Source: Balanoglossus misakiensis (lineage: Eukaryota > Animalia > Hemichordata). Taken from it: a DNA stretch of 64,000 bases. Each line of letters begins with the position of its first letter. The first letter of the stretch is position 1. Below the pieces are notes generated by a model, which made no database searches, was not told where the DNA came from, and worked only from the letters and a program-made list of their open reading frames with translations. Below, in pieces: positions 15,701 to 25,429 of this stretch. The DNA lies in assembly GCA_040954595.2 (NCBI GenBank), contig CM082590.2, forward strand, positions 1,674,001 to 1,738,000. The letters run 5' to 3'. The position numbers and the translations under genes were made by a program.

Positions 15701-17440
15701 GTTGTAATAATTTGTCTGATCACAATATGTCTATAGACATATCACGTCCATGGACATGAATGCACGAATGGACACAGATCATTTATGAAGTCAATGTGAA
15801 CAAATTTACTTGAAGTCAGTAAATTGTAAACAGAATACCACAGTTGTAATAATTTGTCTGATCACAATATGTCTATAGACACATCACGTCCATGGACATG
15901 AATGCAAGAATGGACACAGATCATTTATGAAGTCAATGTGAACAACTTTACTTGTAGTCAGTAAATTGTAAACAGAATACCACAGTTGTAATAATTTGTC
16001 TGATCACAATATGTCTATAGACATATCACGTACATGGACATGAATGCATGAATGGACACAGATCATTTATGAAGTTAATGTGAACAACTTTACTTGAAGT
16101 CAGTAAATTATAAACAGAATACAAGAGTTGTAATAATTTGTCTGATCACAATATGTCTATAGACATATCACGTCCATGGACATGAATGCAAGAATGGACA
16201 CAGATCATTTATGAAGTCAATGTGAACAACTTTACTTGAAGTCAGTAAATTGTAAACAGAATACCACAGTTGTAATAATTTGTCTGATCACAATTTTTCT
16301 ATAGACACATCATGTCCGACATGAATGCAAGAATGGACACAGATCATTTATGAAGTCAATGTGAACAACTTTACTTGAAGTCAGTAAATTATAAACAGAA
16401 TACCACAGTTGTAATAATTTGTCTGATCACAATATGTCTATAGACACATCGCGTCCATGGACATGAATGCAAGAATGGACACAGATCATTTATGAAGTCA
16501 ATGTGAACAACTTTACTTGAAGTCAGTAAATTGTAAACAGAATACAAGAGTTGTAATAATTTGTCTGATCACAATATGTCTGTAGACATTGTAAACAGAA
16601 TACCACAGTTGTAATAATTTGTCTGGACACAATATGTCTATAGACACATCACGTACATGGACATGAATGCAAGAATGGACACAGATCATTTATGAAGTCA
16701 ATGTGAACATCTTTACTTGAAGTCAGTACATTGTAAACAGAATACCACAGTTGTAATAATTTGTCTGGACACAATATGTCTATAGACACATCACGTACAT
16801 GGACATGAATGCAAGAATGGACACAGATCATTTATGAAGTCAATATGAACAACTTTACTTGAAGTCAGTACATTGTAAACAGAATACCACAGTTGTAATA
16901 ATTTGTCTGGACACAATATGTCTATAGACACATCACGTACATGGACATGAATGCAAGAATGGACACAGATCATTTATGAAGTCAATGTGAACATCTTTAC
17001 TTGAAGTCAGTACATTGTAAACAGAATACCACAGTTGTAATAATTTGTCTGGTCACAATATGTCTATAGACACAACATGTACATGGACATGAATGCAAGA
17101 ATGGACACAGATCATTTATGAAGTCAATGTGAACAACTTTACTTGAAGTCAGTAAATTGTAAACAGAATACCAGAGTTGTAATAATGTGTCTGGTCACAA
17201 TATGTCTACAGACACATCATGTAAATTGACACGAATGAAAGAATGGACACAGATCATTTATAAAGTCAATGTGAACAACTTTACTTGAAGTCAGTAAATT
17301 GTAAACACAATACCAGAGTTGTCATAATATTTCTGATCACAATATGTCTATAGACATATCACGTACATGGACATGAATGCAAGAATGGACACAAATCATT
17401 TATGAAGTCAATGTGAACAACTTTACTTGAAGTCAGTACA
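5300..17440. repeat. Higher-order tandem duplication, ~6-kb period (5960-6244 bp; boundaries approximate)
   Basis: Private markers at a 5960 offset: CAATTTTTCT...CATGTCCGAC 10331/16291; deletion junction GTAGACATTG ~10622/16582; GTCATAATATTTCTG 11361/17321. Upstream markers are offset by 6244 (5667/11911), which is two monomers more. Confidence 0.9.
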
Positions 17441-20400
17441 TTGTAAACAGAATATCACAGTTTCAATAATTTGTCTGGTCACAATATGTCTATAGACACA
17501 TCATGTACATGGACATGAATGCAAGAATGGACACAAATCATTTATGAAGTCAATGTGAACAACTTTACTTGAAGTCAGTACATTGTAAACAGAATACCAG
17601 AGTTGTAATAATTTGTCTGGTCACAATATGTCTATAGACACATCATGTACATGGACATGAATGCAAGAATGGACACAGATCATTTATGAAATCAATGTGA
17701 ACAACTTTACTTGAAGTCAGTACATTGTAAACAGAAGACCAGAGTTGTCATAATTTGTCTGATCACAATATGTCTATAGACATATCACGTACATGGACAT
17801 GAATGCAAGAATGGACACAAATCATTTATGAAGTCAATGTGAACAACTTTACTTGAAGTCAGTACATTGTAAACAGAATACCACAGTTGTAATAATTTGT
17901 CTGGTCACAATATGTCTATAGACACATCATGTACATGGACATGAATGCAAGAATGGACACAAATCATTTATGAAGTCAATGTGAACAACTTTACTTGAAG
18001 TCAGTACTTTGTAAACAGAATACCAGAGTTGTAATAATTTGTCTGGTCACAATATGTCTATAGACACATCATGTACATGGACATGAATGCAAGAATGGAC
18101 CCAGATCATTTATGAAGTCAATATGAACAACTTTATTTGATGTCAGTACATTGTAAACAGAATACCAGAGATGTAATAATTTGTCTGGTCACAATATGTC
18201 TATAGACACATCATGTACATGGACATGAATGCAAGAATGGACACAAATCATTTATGAAGTCAATGTGAACAACTTTACTTTAAGTCAGTACTTTGTAAAC
18301 AGAATACCAGAGTTGTAATAATTTGTCTGGTCACAATATGTCTATAGACACATCATGTACATGGACATGAATGCAAGAATGGACACAGATCATTTATGAA
18401 GTCAATGTGAACAACTTTACTTTAAGTCAGTACTGTGTACACAGAATACCAGAGTTGTAATAATTTGTCTGGTCACAATATGTCTATAGACACATCATGT
18501 ACATGGACATGAATGCAAGAATGGACCCAGATCATTTATGAAGTCAATGTGAACAACTTTACTTGAAGTCAGTACATTGTAAACAGAATACCAGAGTTGT
18601 AATAATTTGTCTGGTCACAATATGTCTATAGACACATCATGTACATGCACATGAATGCAAGAATGGACCCAGATCATTTATGAAGTCAATATGAACAACT
18701 TTATTTGATGTCAGTACATTGTTAACAGAATACCAGTGATGTAATAATTTGTCTGGTCACAATATGTCTATAGACACATCATGTACATGGACATGAATGC
18801 AAGAATGGACCCAGATCATTTATGAAGTCAATATGAACAACTTTATTTGATGTCAGTACATTGTTAACAGAATACCAGAGATGTAATAATTTGTCTGGTC
18901 ACATTATGTCTATAGACACATCATGTACATGGACATGAATGCAAGAATGGACACAGATCATTTATGAAGTCAATGTGAACAACTTTACTTGAAGTCAGTA
19001 CATTGTAAACAGAAGGCCAGAGTTGTCATAATTTGTCTGATCACAATATGTCTATAGACATATCACGTACATGGACATGAATGCAAGAATGGACACAAAT
19101 CATTTATGAAGTCAATGTGAACAACTTTACTTGAAGTCAGTACTTTGTAAACAGAATACCAGAGTTGTAATAATTTGTCTGGTCACAATATGTCTATAGA
19201 CATATCATGTACATGGACATGAATGCAAGAATGGACACAAATCATTTATGAAGTCAATGTGAACAACTTTATTTGATGTCAGTACATTGTTAACAGAATA
19301 CCAGTGATGTAATAATTTGTCTGGTCACAATATGTCTATAGACACATCATGTACATGGACATGAATGCAAGAATGGACCCAGATCATTTATGAAGTCAAT
19401 ATGAACAACTTTATTTGATATCAGTACATTGTTAACAGAATACCAGAGATGTAATAATTTGTCTGGTCACATTATGTCTATAGACACATCATGTACATGG
19501 ACATGAATGCAAGAATGGACACAGATCATTTATGAAGTCAATGTGAACAACTTTACTTGAAGTCAGTACATTGTAAACAGAAGGCCAGAGTTGTCATAAT
19601 TTGTCTGATCACAATATGTCTATAGACATATCACGTACATGGACATGAATGCAAGAATGGACACAAATCATTTATGAAGTCAATGTGAACAACTTTACTT
19701 GAAGTCAGTACTTTGTAAACAGAATACCAGAGTTGTAATAATTTGTCTGGTCACAATATGTCTATAGACACATCATGTACATGGACATGAATGCAAGAAT
19801 GGACACAGATCATTTATGAAGTCAATGTGAACAACTTTACTTTAAGTCAGTACTTTGTAAACAGAATACCAGAGTTGTAATAATTTGTCTGGTCACAATA
19901 TGCCTATAGACACATCATGTACATGGACATGAATGCAAGAATGGACCCAGATCATTTATGAAGTCAATATGAACAACTTTATTTGATGTCAGTACATTGT
20001 TAACGGAATACCAGAGATGTAATAATTTGTCTGGTCACAATATATCTATAGACACATCATGTACATGGACATGAATGCAAGAATGGACCCAGATCATTTA
20101 TGAAGTCAATATGAACAACTTTATTTGATGTCAGTACATTGTAAACAGAATACCAGAGTTGTACTAATTTGTCTGGTCACAATATGTCTATAGACACATC
20201 ATGTACATGGACATGAATGCAAGAATGGACACAGATCATTTATGAAGTCAATATGAACAACTTTACTTTAAGTCAGTACTTTGTAAACAGAATACCAGAG
20301 TTGTAATAATTTGTCTGGTCACAATATGTCTATAGACACATCATGTACATGGACATGAATGCAAGAATGGACACAGATCATTTATGAAGTCAATGTGAAC

Positions 20401-21547
20401 AAATTTACTTGAAGTCAGCACATTGTAAACAGAATACCAGAGTTGTAATAATTTGTCTGGTCACAATATGTCTATAGACACATCATGTACATGGACATGA
20501 ATGCAAGAATGGACCCAGATCATTTATGAAGTCAATATGAACAACTTTATTTGATGTCAGTACATTGTTAACAGAATACCAGAGATGTAATAATTTGTCT
20601 GGTCGCAATATGTCTATAGACACATCATGTACATGGACATGAATGCAAGAATGGACACAGATCATTTATGAAGTCAATGTGAACAACTTTACTTGAAGTC
20701 AGTACATTGTAAACAGAAGGCCAGAGTTGTCATAATTTGTCTGATCACAATATGTCTATAGACATATCACGTACATGGACATGAATGCAAGAATTGACAC
20801 AAATAATTTATGAAGTCAATGTGAACAACTTTACTTGAAGTCAGTACATTGTAAACAGAATACCACAGTTGCAATAATTTGTCTGCTCACAATATGTCTA
20901 TAGACACATCATGTAAATTGACACGAATGAAAGAATGCACACAGATCATTTATGAAGTCAATGTGAACAACTTTACTCGAAGTCAGTAAATTGTAAACAG
21001 AATACCAGAGTTGTAATAATTTGTCTGGTCACAATATGTCTATAGACACATCATGTACATGGACATGAATGCAAGAATTGACCCAGATCATTTATGAAGT
21101 CAATATGAACAACTTTACTTGATGTCAGTACATTGTAAACAGAATACCAGAGTTGTAATAATTTGTCTGGTCACAATATGTCTATAGACACATCACGTCC
21201 ATGGACATGAATGCAAGAATGGACACAGATCATTTATGAAATCAATGTGAACAACTTTACTTGAAGTCAGTACATTGTAAACAGAATACCAGAGTTGTAA
21301 TAATTTGTCTGATCACAATATGTCTATAGACATATCACGTACATGGACATGAATGCAAGAATGGACACAAATAATTTATGAAGTCAATGTGAACAACTTT
21401 ACTTGAAGTCAGTACATTGTTAACAGAATACCACAGTTGCAATAATTTGTCTGCTCACAATATGTCTATAGACACATCATGTACATGGACATGAATGCAA
21501 GAATGGACACAGATCATTTATGAAGTCAATATGAACAACTTTACTTT

Positions 21548-21560
21548 AAGTCAGTACATT
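21548..21560 (+). repeat. Target-site duplication, left copy (AAGTCAGTACATT)
   Basis: Identical to 23910-23922. Extends to 17 bp with one mismatch (CTTTAAGTCAGTACATT 21544-21560 vs CTTGAAGTCAGTACATT 23906-23922). Confidence 0.85.
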
Positions 21561-21688
21561 TTTTTTTTTTTTTTTTTTATTAATTTTTATAGGAAACAGA
21601 TGACACAACAAAAACAGCACAAAAACACAAAACAACAAGCGAGGTCAATAAAGATTAACGCTTACAAAGATAGAAAAAGTAAGATTTG
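21559..21688 (-). other. LINE 3' UTR (~110 nt, T/G-rich) and poly(A) tail
   Basis: After the ORF2 stop (21689-21691) the element strand reads ...TTGTTTTGTGTTTTTGTGCTGTTTTTGTTGTG...ATAAAAATTAAT-A20. An AATAAA overlaps the start of the tail. The outermost two T (21559-21560) are shared with the target. Confidence 0.9.
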
Positions 21689-23905
21689 TTACAACTCACA
21701 GTGCAAAAGTACTGCCCATTTTGTTTCATACTGATTTACCGTTTTTCTATATTTTGCAAGTTTACCTTCAACACAGCGGACTTCTCTAATTTTATCCAAA
21801 AATAAACGAAAGTTCAAAGGGTGGGAATTAAATCTGGCTGTATAGATAAAGTATTTTCCCAATAATAAAAGGTGATTAAAAAGAATAGAATCTTTTGAAT
21901 TGTACAAATCTGAGCCAAGAACTACTGTCTGGCAATTCAACTGGAGTGTATGCTTCGAGTTGTTTGACCAAAATAACTCAAATGTTTTCCAAAAAATTGT
22001 TAGCTTTTTTACATTCCCAGATTAAGTGCTCCATTGTTTCGGTATTCTTGCAATGATCGCATAGATCATTAGGGCGTAGTTTTCTAATATGTAGAAACTT
22101 ATTAGTCGCAATTATCCTGTGCAAAATTTTGTACTGAAAATTACGCATTTTCTCTTCTATTGTTGTATTTTTAATCCTGCTCCAAATAATTTTCCAATCA
22201 GGGGAAATATTATACAACCTTTCAATGTAGGCTTGACTTCTGGGAGGTACAAATTTGCTTCTAACTAATTTTTCATAAATCGTTTTGACTGACCCATCAC
22301 CCAGCGGGCAGTCTTGGTCATTTACAGATGCATGTCTGGTTCCATAAATTTTTTTGAAGGTTTCTGGAATAGCGTGGATGCGGCTATGATATTTGAGAAA
22401 ATGACTCTTGTCAATGTCATATTTTGTTGAAAACTTGTCCCATGAGAGGTATTTACCGTTTTCACATAGATCTGATATATACATAACACCCTTGTCATAC
22501 CAATCTTTAAAAAATACAGAATAATTATCAATTAAAATGTTCTTATTATTCCAGATGGTTTCGTTATGACTACTATCATCTGTTACAGCTCTCAAATCGT
22601 TATAATATTTCAACATATCTCTGTAGTATTGAGGTATAGTAACAGGCAAAAAATTAATGTCAAAGTTACACTGTGATAAAAGATCTAATCCTCCAATTTT
22701 CCCAAAGTAGTACATTGGAATCTTCGTCCATTGATGATTACAGTTTTTTAAACGTGCAAGCAGTGACAATTTAAGAGCTTTGTCAAGCAGTTCACAATCG
22801 ACCATTCCCAGGCCGCCCTTATCAAGATTACCAATCAAAGTATTACGTTTTATCTTATGGGGCTTTCCATTCCAAATAAAGTCAAAAAGATATTTATTTG
22901 CATACGTTAAAGCAATCTTTGGAACGGAAACGGCGCTCATCATATAAATTAACTTTGAGGCTCCGTGATATCTTGCCAACAGAACTTTCCCTCTCAAAGT
23001 GAGGTTTCGAGAATTCCAAACATTTAAATTATTCTTCATTTTTCGAAGCTTCTGATTGAAGTTTAAATCCTCTATGTCGTTATTATTGTAACCTAAGTAA
23101 ACCCCTAGGAGTTTGATGGGAGCGTTTGTTGGCCTGATACCACAGTCATCAAAGGACTCTGACCTATATTTTCCAAGAAGCATCATTTCTGTTTTATCAC
23201 AATTCATACTCAAACCTGAACAATACTTAAATTTTTCAACTAGATGAATGATATTTTTAAGTGATTGTCTGTTATGTAATAAAAAAGTGGTGTCATCTGC
23301 AAACTGTGAGATGCGTTCTTCACTCCCGTCAGGGAGAAGTAAACCAGAAATATTTCTATCTTTACGTACTGCAGTAGCTAACAACTCAATTACAATAACA
23401 AAAAGTGCGGTTGACAAGGGGCATCTTTGTCTTACTCCTCTTGAGACCTTAAACCAGCCTGTGGAGTAACCATTATTTAATACACAGCTTGTTATATTGT
23501 TATAGAAAAGTTTAACCCATTTTTTCAAATTAGGACCAAAATTGTAAAGATCGAGAGCTTTGTCAATCAGCGCCCATTCCAAAGAATCAAAAGCTTTCTC
23601 ATAATCTAGGAAAAGGAGAATTCCTTTCCTATTCTTGATATTAAAATAATGGATGATATCAGAAATAAGACGGATGTTATCTGTAATCTTACGACCTTTG
23701 ATGAAAGCCGTCTGATTTTCATGAATTATTGTTGGTAAAACCTTTTCCAGACGCTTGGCTATACATTTAGCTGCTGTCTTATAGTCAGAATTCAAAAGCG
23801 AGACTGGTCTCCAGTTTTTTATATAATTCTGATCTTTTCCGGGTTTCGGTAAAAGGGTGATAACAGCCTGTTTCTGTGTGGATGTCATTTCTCCTATAAG
23901 GAATG
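21689..23905 (-). pseudogene. ORF2 remnant: reverse transcriptase plus C-terminal zinc knuckle; 5'-truncated and frameshifted (~730 aa if repaired)
   Basis: Non-LTR RT motifs: AVITLLPK, NWRPVSLLNSDYKTAAK, QTAFIKGR, FLDYEKAFDSLEW, GVRQRCPLS, catalytic SQFADDT, KLLGVYL, GGLGM. The frame stays open upstream of the ATG at 23888 (AFLIGE-M), so that Met is internal. Removing one base from the A6 run at 21991-21996 fuses ORF 21978..23888 to ORF 21689..21940 (NNFWKTFELFWSNNSKHTLQLNCQTVVLG). Confidence 0.93.
22011..22061 (-). other. CCHC zinc-knuckle coding motif (zf-RVT type)
   Basis: Translates to CDHCKNTETMEHLIWEC = C-x2-C-x7-H-x4-C, typical of the L1/Tx1 ORF2 C-terminus. Confidence 0.9.
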
Positions 23906-23909
23906 CTTG

Positions 23910-23922
23910 AAGTCAGTACATT
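23910..23922 (+). repeat. Target-site duplication, right copy (AAGTCAGTACATT)
   Basis: The satellite resumes 13-17 bp back in phase relative to where it was interrupted. Confidence 0.85.
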
Positions 23923-25429
23923 GTAAACAGAAGACCAGAGTTGTCATAATTTGTCTGATCACAATATGTCTATAGACACATCACGTACATGGACATGAAT
24001 GCAAGAATGGACACAAATCATTTATGAAGTCAATGTGAACAACTTTACTTGAAGTCAGTACATTGTAAATAGAATACCACAGTTGTAATAATTTGTCTGG
24101 ACACAATATGTCTATAGACACATCACGTACATGGACATGAATGCAAGAATGGACACAGATCATTTATGAAGTCAATGTGAACAACTTTACTTGAAGTCAG
24201 TACATTGTAAACAGAATACCAGAGTTGTAATAATTTGTCTGCTCACAATATGTCTATAGACACGTCATGTAAATTGACACGAATGAAAGAATGCACACAG
24301 ATCATTTATGAAGTCAATGTGAACAACTTTACTTGAAGTCAGTACATTGTAAACAGAATACCAGAGTTGTAATAATTTGTCTGGTCACAATATGTCTATA
24401 GACACATCACGTACATGGACATGAATGCAAGAATGGACACAGATCATTTATGAAGTCAATGTGAACAACTTTACTTGAAGTCAGTAAATTGTAAACAGAA
24501 TACCAGAGTTGTAATAATTTGTCTGGTCACAATATGTCTATAGACGCATCATGTACATGAACATGAATGCAAGAATGGACCCAGATCATTTATGAAGTCA
24601 ATATGAACAACTTTATTTGATGTCAGTACATTGTTAACAGAATACCACAGTTGTAATAATTTGCCAGGTCACAATATGTCTATAGACACATCATGTACAT
24701 GGGCATGAATGCAAGAATGGACACAGATCATTTATGAAGTCAATGTGAACAACTTTACTTGAAGTCAGAACATTGTAAACAGAATACCACAGTTGTAATA
24801 ATTTGTCTGGACACAATATGTCTATAGACACATCACGTACATGGACATGAATGCAAGAATGGACACAGATCATTTATGAAGTCAATGTGAACAACTTTAC
24901 TTGAAGTCAGTACATTGTAAACAGAATACCAGAGTTGTAATAATTTGTCTGCTCACAATATGTCTATAGACACATCATGTAAATTGACACGAATGAAAGA
25001 ATGCACACAGATCATTTATGAAGTCAATGTGAACAACTTTACTTGAAGTCAGTACATTGTAAACAGAATACCAGAGTTGTAATAATTTGTCTGGTCACAA
25101 TATGTCTATAGACACATCACGTACATGGACATGAATGCAAGAATGGACACAGATCATTTATGAAGTCAATGTGAACAACTTTACTTGAAGTCAGTAAATT
25201 GTAAACAGAATACCAGAGTTGTAATAATTTGTCTGGTCACAATATGTCTATAGACACATCATGTACATGGACATGAATGCAAGAATGGACCCAGATCATT
25301 TATGAAGTCAATATGAACAACTTTATTTGATGTCTGTACATTGTTAACAGAATACCACAGTTGTAATAATTTGTCAGGTCACAATATGTCTATAGACACA
25401 TCATGTACATGGGCATGAATGCAAGAATG

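Larger units (their letters stand above)
1..21560. repeat. 142-bp satellite tandem array, left arm (~155 monomers, continues beyond window start)
   Basis: Seen directly: head-to-tail repetition of ATGAAGTCAATGTGAACAAC...GGACACAGATCATTT with a 142-bp period (repeat-derived ORFs at 10689 and 10831 are 142 apart). Monomers differ by a few substitutions, with occasional 83- and 58-bp deletion units. Confidence 0.99.
21561..23905 (-). mobile_element. 5'-truncated non-LTR retrotransposon (LINE, L1 superfamily, Tx1-like), ~2.35 kb
   Basis: Non-satellite island carrying an RT ORF on the minus strand. T20 run (poly(A) tail) at 21559-21578; abrupt 5' end just upstream of the RT core with no endonuclease or ORF1; flanking direct repeat AAGTCAGTACATT. 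These are hallmarks of target-primed reverse transcription. The Tx1-like call is from remembered motif style, not a phylogeny. The 5' boundary is ambiguous between 23905 and 23909. Confidence 0.95.

Noticed and set aside
21495-21734. 79-aa plus-strand ORF with poly-Phe
   Set aside because: Read-through from satellite into the antisense of the poly(A) tail and 3' UTR; artefact.
21689-21940. 83-aa ORF as a separate gene
   Set aside because: It is the frameshifted C-terminus of ORF2; its start is an internal TTG (Leu).
22322-23469. 69-aa (minus) and 73-aa (plus) ORFs inside the LINE
   Set aside because: Alternate-frame and antisense shadows of ORF2 with no recognisable motifs.
21978-23888. Retron, group II intron, DGR or telomerase-like RT functionally coupled to the repeats
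   Set aside because: Motifs, CCHC knuckle, poly(A) tail, 5' truncation and TSD identify a LINE insertion. This copy lacks a promoter and endonuclease, and carries a frameshift and a QG->QR change. Nothing in the sequence indicates it synthesises the array.
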